From Takakia lepidozioides (lineage: Eukaryota; Plantae; Bryophyta), in contig CM060734.1 of assembly GCA_030704615.1 (NCBI GenBank), positions 25,916,001 to 25,980,000 of the forward strand: a stretch of DNA of 64,000 nt, read 5' to 3'. The notes beneath the pieces are model-generated. The model was not told the DNA's origin and made no database searches. It worked only from the letters and a program-made list of their open reading frames with translations. The translations under genes and the position numbers were made by a program. Below are positions 11,931 to 25,115 of the stretch, piece after piece (the first letter of the stretch is position 1; each line of letters opens with the position of its first letter).

Positions 11931-12780
11931 GAGGTTTACTATTTCATGAGCCGAAACCATGAGCCATGAGCCATGAGAGCCGCATGAGCCGCAGAGCGTG
12001 TGAGCCGAAGTCTAAGATACGCGGATGATTTCATGAGCGGACTCCTCCAAATTTGGAAATGCGGCAGATTTAAACAAGTATTAAAATAATAGTTTTTTAT
12101 TTGACCTTGCCGTTTTTGGACGTTTCCAGATCAGTAATGCGGCGAAGATATGTCGTCAGTAACAAGTCGCTCATGGTTTTAGATCCGCTCATGGAAATAA
12201 GTGACCGTGCAACGGGAAATCCAGTATACCACTGCAAAAGGATGTCGCATACTGGCCTGTATAGAGTATTCCGCGGTTTTACATCCGTTAACATTGGAAT
12301 GAAGCTGACCCTTTTGCCGCGATTGAGCCAATGGAGTCTGCACCATAAGTCTGCAGTACTTCACAATTCTGTCTTCTTCAGGTTATTGCGGGAAAAGGTT
12401 TGCAACTGAACTGGGAAATAAGTGCCGAATTAGGGTTCGCACGTGCGAAATTTCGGAGCGGTTTGGTGTTGGCGAAGGCCGCCTCTACCAGTACCTACGA
12501 CGATACTTGGAAATGCGGCGCCGCATTTCCTTGTCGGAGGTCGAATGAGGAAAGCAAGTTTTCGGAAAGCAGAAAAACATGAACCCTCCAACATAAAAAA
12601 ATACATGCACGTGGAAGCAAGTGAACGATATAGTAATATTTAGTTCGAGCAAAACAGGTTACTGGTAGGCAAGACATATGTCGGACCTTTCTGTGGCCAG
12701 AGTCTGAGGTACTGGCAGCAGTACAGTTCTACTATCCGAAAAGGAGGGGCGTACCATTGTATTGGGACCGCAAGCCAAGC

Positions 12781-15700
12781 TCACTGGTCCCCTGGATCCA
12801 TATCAGAAGAGGTGAACCTCCTGGGGGCTCAAACCCTGGTGCATGTATGAAGTGATGAGTTGTGGAATTACAACGGAGTCTCTTTAGGTACACGTAGTAC
12901 AAATGCTTGCAAGGGCAGTATGATGCCCCTTGTTCGCCATGAGTCTGGAAGTCGGTGCAATTGCAGGTGGGTAATTCTGAAATGGTGATGGTGTACACCT
13001 CATTGCGAACAGCTGAGCCCGCCGTGGCAATCTGATACACACACCCGAATCCTGGTGGGGGCACTTCTGTCGAGCTCGGGGATGTACAGTTCATCCGAAG
13101 TGCATTCCCCATCCTTGTCTCGTTTACTTTGAGGGAGGTCGCCGCCTCTTCGGTTTCCCCCAACGGTGTGTAGGAGCTTAGAGCTGTCGTGTCCCATGGT
13201 TCTTGCTCGTGTCCCATGGTTCTTGCTCGCACCATCCGAAATCATGCGGCGGTAAGGGCGTCGGCCTCAACCTGACTCAGATCGCAGCCTGGTTCCACCG
13301 GCCACACCGGGGAGCCTCTGGCATTGTTTGTATGCCGTACTTGGGCTTTCCATACACGCAAGTCATAATGTCGTGCCTGCAGAACCAGAACTGGTGGTTG
13401 TCGCCTCCGCAAACTTTGCATGGACAAATCTTCCTGTAAAAGTAGGAGCAGGGACAGCCCCATCTGGATTCCTCCTTATCATCTCTAAACAACGTTGCCG
13501 TGTATCCACACGAATTGCGGAACACCTTCCTCGAAACGACGGCTTTGTGCGAGCAATTCTCCACTGTGATGCAGACACAGTCGTCTCCACAATGGCTTGG
13601 CCATACTGCATAACAGCGGGCGGAATGTGGGGCAAGGGAGCGGTGGGAATTTTTTGCACGAAATCCCCGGTTGAAGGCGACGGCGATCTGGAATTTCTTG
13701 GGCTTCCACTGCTGGAAGACACATTGTGCGGCAACATGACGGGACCTCGAGGTGCTGTCCGAATGTTCCTGTCGGATCTCCAGGAATCCTCTTCGCACCC
13801 GCGTTCCTCTTCAATCCTCCGCCTGACAGGGCGAGTCCGGACGTCCCCCTCTAGGTGTTCACCTCTGCGGTGCAGAGGCGTCCCTTTGATCTTCTCTCGC
13901 AATGCTGTCGCCCATTTCACTGGATTCTTGGACCTCGAAGCTGTTCGTACCAACAATTCCTCCCTGTCCGGCCCAAAGCCCCATTGTTTGCCGCTCAGGA
14001 ACTTGTAGTACGTGGCTTGCTGCATGATTGCTCTGTCGATGTCCTCCGTTGTGGCCATCACTACGTCCACCAGATGTGCGGCAAAAGACGCTCGCCAGGA
14101 GGAGTGGACCGATTCTGCCATATTCGTGTTCGGCATGTCCGTGTCGGAATCCAAGCACCGCTCCTAGAAGGACACAAACAATGGTGAGGGAAATCGAAAT
14201 GTCCGTAACATAAAGACAAATGAACGAAATTGACAGCAGCCTACCTCCCGCATGTACTGTCCGAACTGTCGCGATACCAAAATGCCACCACCCCAACCAG
14301 CTGTGCAATGCTCCCAGATTGGTTGTCTCCACTGCACCTGACGTGTTCCACCAAGCCTCGATGATAGCAAACTTAACCTCCGCGTCATCAAATGTGGGTG
14401 CATCCTTCCACGCCGTACAAAGGACACGGTGTTTCAGCCTGGAATGAGCTAGCAACAAATTTGGTAGTGTAGTGGATAGACTCTGCATCCAATGGAATCC
14501 ACAGGATCTCTTTTTCCCCTCCATTGGAACATTGGGGTCCTCACCGTACACACGCCGCACCGCTGCCCAGTTGGCCTGAGCGTTGTCTGCCATGAATCCC
14601 CTGAAATTGGGCTCTGGCAATCCCGCCCTTGCCATCTGCTGGTTTATGCCCTCCCATAGATGCATTTCGGACTGTGTGTCCTCCCCTTTCATCTCGCAGA
14701 TTGCAATCGTCATGAGCCTCTTGGAGTGATAGTCATAAACATGCGCACCCATAGTCACCCACTGATGGTTTGTAATTCGCTTGATGTGATCAAACATCAC
14801 CCAAGCATTCGACAAGTTTCCAGTTGTCATGCGAGTGACCAAGTCGACTCCACTCCCAGGCCCACACGTCGACATTTTGAAAATGTAACAACAACGATCG
14901 GATTCGCTGCCTTGCCCTGGAAACCTGCTACCTTGGATGTAGTCATATCCACATCATTCGTTTCACCTCCAGGATTGAGTACATGTCCGACCCCCTGCCG
15001 AACTCCTGCTTGCAAGATACGATGTGATTCCGCACATTCGGACTACAAACGTGCGAGACGGACTCCAAGAGGTCCCGCATCTCGTCTTCGGTCAAGGGCT
15101 CTCGGTCGAACCATCTTCAGACATGATTTTGCCAAGAGCAATCTTGTGGGCTGCTTTCAGCTGAATCTGCTTTGGTCTGGCTCCGGGGCTCAATTTCACC
15201 TCCTCTCTTTTATGATGTCGTGTGCTTCCTGCACAGCCTCACGCATGTTGCCTCTCGCCAAGGGGTGGTTGTGGACCCCAACGTGTATGCAAGCTCTAGT
15301 CAAGTCCGGGAGCAAATGGATTACGTAATATTGCTTGGCTCTGCACATGGACATGCACGTCGGTGGTTCTTTGCAATGTGCACACTTGAAAGAACCCGCA
15401 TGAGCTTGGCTGGAGACAATGAATGGATGATGCGTTGTGCCAGTCCAATCCGTCTCGTTTCTCCGCCCTCCTTTGGAGAGAAAGTGGAAGCAGGTGGGAT
15501 TGAGGCACCTCAGCTTCCCCGCACAGAGGACATATTGTACACGAACACCATCAGCAATTTTCGTGCTACTGGTCTTTGTCACACACCAGGGGTGTCCGTC
15601 ATGCTTTCGATCCATTGTCTGTAACATCCCGGAGGCTTTCTTTGACGAAGAAACAGGTGGAAACTCGAAGATGACATTGCCATCGACTTCGGGAGGCAGA

Positions 15701-16339
15701 AAAGTTACCTTTCTGACTGGAAATTTGGCATAGTCGAGAGCAGCCAGCTCGGAGCGAGAACCATCGAGGTGATGTTGTCGTAGGAGCTGCACAATGGACC
15801 GGGTTGGAGTTATGCTCGAGGGCACATTCGTAGCACCGACAGTCCATGCCGGATTTGAACGACCGTGTGGAGGACATGGGTACCTCAATGCAATCATCTT
15901 CCTCGTCGGAAATGTCGAATACGTCCACACGAGAAGCTATGGAGGGTCTTGACGGTCCAGGTCGGGAATGATTATCGTTGCATACCTCTCTGTTGGCAGT
16001 GGCCGCCTCTCGGTTTCCGGACTCCTTTGTGGATGGTGTGGGCAGCGACTGATTCGGAAAGGGAATGGGCATTCCCACAGCTCGGTACAGGATGGTGTCT
16101 GACGGGGGAACGTGCCATTCGATTCCGCAACCTCCGTCGTTACCTAGCACGACAATGGTCTCGTCAACCTGTCCAGGAACATCCTTCCTTTCTTCTTCCA
16201 AATAAACTGTGCCCGGTTTGAGCTTGAATTTGGAACAAAGGTAAGTTTCAGTCACTCTGCAAAGTCCTCCCTCGTTTGGGATCCAGGCTCTCCCAAGTTG
16301 CGGAGGACAGCAAACTATAGCGTAGGAATTCGGAGCCAT
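12781..16339 (-). CDS. MULE (MuDR-type) transposase: GCM/WRKY-like Zn finger, DDE core, SWIM finger; one intron; frameshifted
   Basis: CAGKLRCLNPTC...CAHC...HVGVHNHP; WVMFDH (D1); FMADNAQAN (D2) with CGFH (CxxH); TNMAESVH (E); CNCTDF...CPCKHL (SWIM). GT-AG intron ~14164-14244. Confidence 0.85.
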
Positions 16340-16759
16340 CGAACACCGCACGGAGTTGGCAAGTGCGAGGTTCAGTATAGCGACAGACCAAGGCTCACAG
16401 GCACCATCTAAGTGGATCTGCGGAGGCCATCGACGATTGGAAGTCGCACATTGAAGTGGAAAGTATTGTTTCAAGCTACATGCATGAAGTTGGGAGGTTT
16501 GATTCCATAGCCAGTAAGTATGACAATGATGGCCGATTCGGCGACGAAATAACATCTCCTAACAGTTTCTCCTGAGGGTGGATCCAGCAGTATTCTCGGT
16601 GCAGACAGGAACGATCGCACTGACAAGTGCCAGTACTGTTAGTTAAAACGGTCAGACAACCAAGTTGTGCTCATCAAGACTGGCCGCAATTGTGTTGTCT
16701 CGGAACAATGCAACCCATTGAGGTTCCAGATTTCCCGTCCGAGTGATTCTTTCGATTGC

Positions 16760-18495
16760 TGGTGGACGGAAATACGGTGCCGCATTTCCGTATTGCATCT
16801 TGGTCATGCCAAAGTGACGGAAATGCGCACCGAGTTTCCGTCCGGGGAAACCTTTTATACTCTCCAGAACATGAATGCGGTAACGCATTTCCATCCAGCA
16901 AGCACGGTATGTGAAGGTGGAACGGAAATGCGGTACCGCATTTCCGTTCTGATTGAGATTTATGAACAATAGGAACAGAAAGCGGCACACCGCATTTCCG
17001 TCCGAGTCGCACTTTTCCGACATTCCAGAACGGAAATGCGGCGCCGCATTTCCATTTTGTATCTGATGCATGGAGCTGAGGAGAGAATGCTGCAGCACAT
17101 TTTTCCGTCCTTCAAAGACCTTCATACTCTCCATAACGAATGCGGTACCACCCGCTTTCCATCCACCAGCACGTATGTGAAGGTGGACCGGAATTTGGTA
17201 CCGCATTTCCTTCTTATGAATTATGAACAACGGAACCTAATGCGGCACCGCATTTCTGTCCAGTCGCCTTCCGACATTCCCAGAACGGAAATGCGGCGCC
17301 GCATTTCCATTTTGTACTGATGCTGGAGCCGAGTGCGATTCCGACAGGGCTTCATACCACGCAATTCCGCCGCTTGAGACATTCATTACTATCCAGAACG
17401 GAAATGCGTACCCACCGCATTTCCGTTCTACTGAAAATCGTGAACCTCTTAACTGGAAATGTGGGGCGCGTTTTCCATCCTATTCGCACCTACCACATTC
17501 CAGAACGGAAATGCGGTACGGCATTTCCGTTCTGACTGAAAATCGTGAACCATCGGAACTGAAATGCGGCAACCCATTTCCATCCGAGTCGCACCTCCAA
17601 ATTCTAGAACGGAATGTATAGATGCAAAGGGAAATGCGGCACCGCATTTCCGTTCTGATGAAATATCCTGAAACATCGGACTGAAATGCGGTACCGCATT
17701 TCCGTCGGAGTCGCACCTTCCGACTTCCAAAACGGAAATGCGGCGCCGCATTTCCGTTTTGTATGTGGGCATGGACTGTGGAACGAAATGCGGCACAGCA
17801 TTTCCGCCAGCGTTAGACGTTAATACTCTACAGAAACGGAAATGCGGTACCGCATTTCCGTTCTGATGAACATCTGCAACGGGACAAAATGTGGCACCGC
17901 ATTTCCGTCCGAGTCGCACCTTCCTACATTCTAGAACGGAAAATGCGGCGCCGCATTTCCGTTTGTATATGGGGCCTGGAGCTGTGGCTACGGAAATGTG
18001 TTGCCGCATTTCATCCATGTGAGACCTTCAAACTTTCTATTTCCTAGACCGGAAATGCGGCACCGCATTTCTGTCCAGGTGAGACCTCTATACTTTCCCG
18101 AACGGAATGTGGCACGACATTTCCATTCATCAACTAACGTATGTGAAGGGGGAACGGAAATGCGGTACCGCTTTCCGTTCACATTGAAAATCATGAACCA
18201 CGGAACTGAAATGTTGTGCCTCATTCCCGTCCGAATCGCACCTTTCGACATTCCAGAACGGAAATGCGGCGCCGCATTTCCCTTTTGAATCTCATACATG
18301 GAGCTGTGGGACGGAAATGCGGCACCGTATTTCCGTTCAACAACTAAGGTTGTGAAGGTGGAACGAAATGCGGTGCCGCATTTTCTTCCAACAAGTACGG
18401 ATGTGTAGCTTTCGTGATGGTACTTAACGGAAATGCGGCGCCGCATTCGCATTTTCCGCTCCAACTAGATCAGACGCTGGGACGGAAATGCCTTG
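16760..18495. repeat. Array of ~30 palindromes GGAAATGCGGYRCCGCATTTCC at ~52-bp spacing
   Basis: Copies at ~16769, 16819, 16872, 16924, 16977, 17032 ... 18260, 18313, 18364, 18430; lies between the divergent transposase and ParB-MTase genes. Confidence 0.92.
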
Positions 18496-18800
18496 AAATG
18501 TGAACACATGGAGCAACGGAATTGCTGCACATGTCGGCACTCTATCTGACTGAAGGGGCATGAGGCGGCGCGGCCTGACCGTTGGATAATGATGTTTGTT
18601 TTTCGGACGGCAGGCGTACCCTGAACGATTCGAATTTCGTAATGACGCAAACTCCACGAGGAGACACTTTCGTCCAACCCTTTCGAACCCAAGTGGTGCA
18701 TCACCGCCGTTTCATCTACTTTGTCGTGTCTCCTCAGTCACCCCTCTCGCGCCCTTTCCATCTGCACTCTTTGCCCCTTTTCCCTCTCTCTGTTCTTCTT

Positions 18801-21800
18801 ATGCTCGAACCTGAGAGGGGGGGAGTTCGTGCACCAGACAGGAGACCTCGTCGCAAGCTCCGAAAATTATACTTCGGACGTAGGCCAATGCCGAAGGGGA
18901 GGAAGCAGATGCGTCTAAAGGAGGAGATTGCCATCTCCGCGCAGGCCACTCAGGCAACCCAGCCACCAGTGAGAGCTCCATGCGATCGGGCTGCGCGCAG
19001 CTGATCGAGCACCGAACCCCCCATTTTGCTTCTAATTCTTAGACTGAATGCTAGGAGACTTGAATGCAGAACTTGTTTGCATGCCTAACAGGAAAGGTGG
19101 ACGTGCTGGAGGGATCGCAGGAATCCGAAGAGCCGCAGGAAGAGTCCGAGGAGCTAGCTGCAGCACGTACACCCACCCGATCCCCGAGCGCGGGTATTCC
19201 TGCCGGGCCTAGCCCTGTGCGATTCAAAGACTCGTCTTCGAAGGGCAAGTTCAAAAGCCCCAGAGATCGACTCGCGTTCTTTGGTCATGGAGAATCGCCA
19301 GCAGGGTCGGGCCCTTCTCCAGCAAAGTCGAAGAAGAAGCAGCCCGTCCCTCTACTGGCTTCTGAACCGGCTCAGGCGGATTCACCCCCCCCAACGCGAA
19401 TGAAGAGCAGGGTAGAAGACAGATTCAATTGCAGCAGACACCTTCACCTGCAAGGATGAGGAAGCAGAAGGCAATCAGGGCGACGGGCAAACAATCTCCC
19501 GCAAAAACCGCTTCCACGAGCTGAAGCTCAGTTCCTGGAGGATTTCCCGCCTGCAGATGTTGGGGCCGACTCTGCTGCAGCGAAGGCAATGGGATTGACC
19601 GTTGATCTCGATTTGGTACCGGAGGAGGGTGCTGCCGCTCAACGTTCGCAGCAAGACCTCACCACCGATGAGCAAGCAGGCCCGGAGGAGGCCTCTGCAA
19701 TGGCAGAATTGCCCGCAGAACAGGCCCCAGAGTGCAGCTCCAGTTGAGGATGCTCCAGCTGCTCAGCCACTACCGGCACCTACAGACATGTCTCCGGAGG
19801 ATTTCAAAAGTGCAGCGGATAAAATGTTGGAGGAGACACACAGTAGCATTGGCAGAGTTCTGGGCAGCAGGGTATTCTAGCGGACTCTTCGAATCCCACT
19901 CTGTCGCATGGTCTCCCTTCCCATCGTCAGGCAGGCCCTTCCCGGAGATGTGGATAAGCTCAAGTTCGCATTTCGAGAAGGGTACCGTCTGGGATCGCAG
20001 CGTTTTACGTTTCCATTGAGAATGAGGACGGCAAACTCGTGGACCCACTGCCGATGAATTGTCAACGTGGGATACCACTGGCACACTCGCAATGACGAAT
20101 TCGAGGCGACGCTGAAGGGTGATCCAGACTTCGGCCATATGTCGGGTAAAATGTTCTTTGTGTGGGACGGGAATCACCGACTTCTCGCCTGGTGGGAGTA
20201 CATCAAGCAGAACCATGCCAAGCACATTGGCTGGCATTACATGGTGGAGTGTGTCATCCTGAAGGTGAAGGCGGCAGACTCCTCCCTGCTCAAGAATGCC
20301 ATGGCGGACCTCAACTCGTAAGATACTCATACCCTCCCTAGCACGTTCGAAATGCGGTGCCGCATTTCGGTTTCCATTCTGGTTTGTTTCCGTGCTTCCG
20401 TGTACTGAACTGGAGAGTGTGCCTTGCAGGGTCACTGAGAATGCGTACGTGCATACCCACATGGCACATATGCTGTACAGGGTGAGAAAACTGGTCTCAC
20501 TGATCCGCAGATGTTTGCGGAAATGCTGGAGCCCGAGCTCATTCAGAAAGCCGTTGCAAAAACAGACCGGACATGGTATCGTCTCACTATGGATGGAATG
20601 GTGGAGGTGATATACGAAGTAAGTCGTCCTCCAATTTCCCTCTGCTCATCCTTCCCCAATTTTCAGTAATGTTTCCACATGAATCGAATGTAACGCTTCT
20701 GCATGTTTTTGTTGGCAGTCAAACATCAAGCTGGATTTGGCCCATGCCAAACGCTTCTTCATGGAAAGTGAGGGGCAGGTCAAACGTTGCAGTCATTGAC
20801 TGAGCACTTGAAGGAAGCCAGTGTCAAGTCCAGAACCAAATACAAGTCAAAGCTTGTGAAGCTGGTGGCAATTGCAGATCCGGCACTTGGAAAGGACTTC
20901 ATCCCCGAGATTGCAAAACACTATTCTCGGGCCATGCAGCCGACCATGCAATTGGAGAAACTGCATCACCTCTCAACGGCATGTGTGGAGGCGAAAGAGA
21001 AGGTGAGGTTTCAATGCACTGAAGTTCCTTCCTAGCAATAGCCACTCTCTTCCAGCTCCTGACATTGGATCGGAAATGGCAGACACGGTGGCTGTCGATC
21101 TGGAATGCATCCGAGAGCATAAGGACAATGTGGTCTTTTCCACTGGAAGTTTCCGACCCTGCAGTGGATGTGTGGCTCAACCGTATGACTTGGTGGTTCC
21201 AGGTAATTCAAGGTACTTCCCCAGATTTGCTTTTCTGAAATGAATTCCCTGAACTGCTACGTGACAATGCATTTGGGAATCGCAGGTAATGTCGAATGCG
21301 AAGGAGCAAGTCGTAATGCACACAAATTCGTTCGGCTTGTACGTCAAATGGGATGGAACACAGACATTGGAAGACTACGTGACACGTTTCAGATGTGCGT
21401 ACAAGGACAACCTTTTCGCCAGAGAGCTACAGACAGCAAGAAGGAGCGTGGAGTTTACACATCAGGAGGGAGCGGGGAAAGCTGCAATGCGAATTGTTTA
21501 CAGGTGAAGCACAGCTGCCCTTGTATGCGAAGCCTGGTTACGAGGTTTGTCTCGGAAATGCGGCACCGCATTCGCATTTTATGTTTTCGGTGGCACTCTG
21601 CGAGTAGGTTGGTCTCAACTTTTGCTCACGCATGCTGACTGCCTTGCAGGTATATGAAATACGTGCTCCTTCAGACAGGGGCCCTGGCTCAAGAGCCCCC
21701 GTTCTTCATGGCTTGGACCGTGGCGGGCCCAAGCTGTGTCTACACACCCGAGATGCAGAAACAATGGCATCCCGCGCATCTCGTTGGATGCCCGTGGTAC

Positions 21801-23987
21801 CTGGACATGTCTGGCGGTATTGTTGACGAGTCTGAGAAAGATCTGCACGCCTTGGCAGAAGAGAAGAGAAAGGAAAGACGTGTCCCTGCTGGGCCAAAGT
21901 CGGCAAAGGAATCTGCTGCTCTGGAAGAATCCAGAAAGGCAGCTGAGATGGCACAAAAGACGGTGGATGCAGCTGTGCAGGCCCAACAGAAGGGGTCGAA
22001 GAAGAGGACTCGCCAGCAAGGAGCAGCTGTTGTGACACCCGCCAAAACGAAGAAGCAGAAACAGCCTGTTCAGGAAGAGGGTGAGGAAGAGGACTCCGAT
22101 GGAGACTTTGCAACCAGCCCACCCCCCCAAACGCAGGCTGCCTCCCCTGTGCCCACCGTTGTCACGAGAGGCACGAGAACTGGCTCGGCAAAGAAGGCAC
22201 TCTTCAACCCCCCAGGGGGGCACCCTTTCGAGCCGGTGGAAATGAAGAGGCCGAAAGTGGCTCCCGAAACAGTAGTCCAGTGTGTAAATGAGAGTTTCTT
22301 GGCGGCTTTGGATGGACGGGCAGCCAAGTTGGCATACATGAAGACCATGGAGGGTCTGAAGGGCAGAGCACTGAAGAAGGCGACTGCCGAAGAGCCTTCC
22401 GACACCCCAGGATTTCAGAATATGGTCTCGTTCTTTGAGAGGGTGTGTGCAGACAAGGATTGTAGGAGGGGCGGAAATGCCACCGAGTGGTCTTGCGATA
22501 TGATCATCTTGGATATTCCGGACGGAGAGCCTGTGGAAGGACTGCAAGCTTTGCCATCTTGGAACAGGTACTCGGAGGACTTTTGGAAGAAAGGATTCGG
22601 GCTTGCCCGCATGGTGTTGGACGACAGAGGCTGTGTGGTTGTCCTGGCGAGCAGAGGAAAAAACACTCAGACAGGAATTGCGAAGTGGACCCGCAAGAGC
22701 GCCGTCCCGATTCTGAAAAAGAAGTGGACGTGCATCAACACACTGGGCCTTCGGTCGGAAGGGAAGAAGGTGATTACGACACTGGCACTCGTCCATTCAT
22801 TTGCTTGGGTGTTTTCAAATGCGGTGCCGCATTCGGTTTCTAATCATTTCCCCCCTGTGTATGCAGACGAAGCAGTTCGATGCATACTGCTTTGTGAAGG
22901 AGAACTCCACCTTTGCTTTCCGGAAGGAGGGAGGAAAGGTTGACCCGAACTGCGACCCACTCGATTACGACGTTCTGTTCAACAACGTTCCCAAGGAACT
23001 TCTCCCTCATAGCCTCACTTCAACGGAACCCCTGCGGTACTCACGGACTCGGAGCCCTGCCTGGAGACATGCACAGACGTGGAGGGCACAGTGCTCGACC
23101 TCATCTGTGGGACAGGTATGTAGAATCTTGATCTATGCTGTTCTGCAAATTCTCGTTAGGATGTAGTTCGCAACATCTGAAGCGCCATGTGGTAATGTGT
23201 GGATGGCATTGTAACAGGTGCCTCAATGTGGGCTGGGCGGTTTTCCGACCAGCACCTCTTTGCCTACGAGGAGGATTCATCCGTGTGGGGATCCCATCTG
23301 GAAGGGCTGCAACGGAATGTTAAGGCTCCCGACAGAGCGGAAGTCTCCTCGGATTCGTCGGAGTCCGAGGAAGACACAGTGGACATTGATGCGGAGGAGA
23401 ACCCGGAATACGAGTGAGTGCAAACATTGTAAGTTTGCAAAGCCTTCTGGGTCATTCATGTCAAACGAATTTCCCGACTGTAGTTCTCATTAGTCTCGTT
23501 GATGATTGTCATGTGCAGGATTGCAGGGTCCGGGTCGAAACATGTAGGGCCTACACTTCCTGCCAGGAAGAATGTCCCGTTCTTTGTGAGGGCCGACTTC
23601 ATGACGAGCCCGGTGAGGGACTACTCCCTTCCTAGTTATGCAGCTAAACTCGCAAATACAGCGATTAGAAGAAGTGAGAATCCCAGTAAAGTAGAGCAGA
23701 TTTTGGAGAGGGCTAGGGAGGACAGAAGGATAAGGAAAGAGTTGGCAGCAGCTCAGACAGGTAGACGGGTATGAAAGTACATATGTGATTCAGCGGATGA
23801 GAGCGACGCAGACAGGGAGGAAGACGACCCAACGGAGGTGAGATGGACAGTTCCGCAAGGGGAAGATGGGATTTTCGAAAGCCTGGCCAACGAGCAGTCC
23901 GTTGGAGATGAGAAAGGCACTGAGGGGGTGGAGGCGGAGCAAGATAGTCTAGAACAGGATGAGGATTCGGATGATTTTCAAGATTAA
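18801..23987 (+). CDS. ~10-exon cargo gene: basic N-terminus + ParB/Srx-like domain + beta-class N4C/N6A DNA methyltransferase fold + acidic tail (this copy probably disabled)
   Basis: Inferred exons ~18801-18968, 19070-20318, 20430-20618, 20719-21003, 21042-21212, 21286-21504, 21650-22769, 22867-23115, 23218-23413, 23519-23987, all GT-AG. FFVWDGNHRLLAW (GxxRxxA) at ~20154-20192, LDIPD at 22510-22524, VLDLICGTG ending 23115. A 16-bp deletion at ~23061 relative to A1 frameshifts motif X. Confidence 0.75.
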
Positions 23988-24123
23988 TAGACATTTAATG
24001 AAGTCTCTGTAAATGTAAATTCTCTTCCAGAGTATATAAAGGAAATTCTGCCAGACATTCGTGACCCCTCTCCAGTGTGCATTCCAGCCACACAATCGCT
24101 GAAACCACGACGCTCCCAAAATC

Positions 24124-24860
24124 AGAAATGGGGCACCGCATTTCCAAAATTTTGGCAACTCTAAGAACCTCTTTTGGAAATGCGGCACCGCATTTCCAAA
24201 ACAGTGGAGGGACTAAATTTTCCATTTCAATGTTGGCATAGTAAAAAGTAATCGGCCGATTGGAAATGCGGTGCCGCATTTCCAAAATTTCCTTTGTCCA
24301 CACGCCAGTTTTGGCCTCTCCCGCTCATTGCATGGATGCCACCACGCTTACAGAGGTCGAACAAGGAGGTCGAACAAGGAGGTCGAGATGGCGGAATTGA
24401 AAATGCGGTGCCACATTTCCATATTGGGGATGGTCGTTGTTGGAACTGCAGGCCCATCACCAAAAATTGGCACCGCATTCCATTGTAAAAAAAAAGTCGA
24501 TGACGGACATGGAAATGCGGCGCCGCATTTCCAGAACGGACATCGCAATTTGTCCATTTGCAGACCCTCTCACGGAAATGCGGTAACGCATTCCATCGCG
24601 CTGGTCGGAAATGTCACACTTTTCGAAGTGTTGGACGGAAATGCGGCACCGCATTCCCTTGTCCAAAAAGAAGTATCCATTGCCAAGCTGGAAATGCGTC
24701 GCCGCATTTGCAATGCCAACCTCGTTGTCTGTCCAATTTATAGACCCGTGTTGGTATTTCGTGTACCTGGACGGAAATGATGCACCGCATTTCCTTGTCC
24801 CACATGGAAATGCGGTGCCGCATTTCGATGCCGACATGGAAATGCGGTGCCGCATTTCAA
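24124..24860. repeat. Second palindrome array of MULE A2
   Basis: ~13 copies of GAAATGCGGYRCCGCATTTC between convergent gene ends. Confidence 0.9.
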
Positions 24861-25115
24861 TGTCCGACATGGCATTACTCTGGTATATTCTTGACACATG
24901 ACTCACATACCGGTTACTCTGCTATATTCATCCGGACAGACACATTGTAGAAATGAGACATCAAATTGTAAACAGTGGGCCAATTCCGACAGTTATTCAA
25001 CAGAATGAAACACAATCATACAGAAGTGAGGTACGATGGGTTTATTGATCGGACACGATGTCTCACATTTACCAACTGCAGACAAAACTAAGCCCTTCCT
25101 CCTTCTACATGGGCT

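Noticed and set aside
16760-18495. CRISPR array (palindromic repeat + ~30-bp spacers)
   Set aside because: Spacers recur and are related to each other, repeats are degenerate, there are no cas genes, and the context is a eukaryotic transposon with spliceosomal introns.
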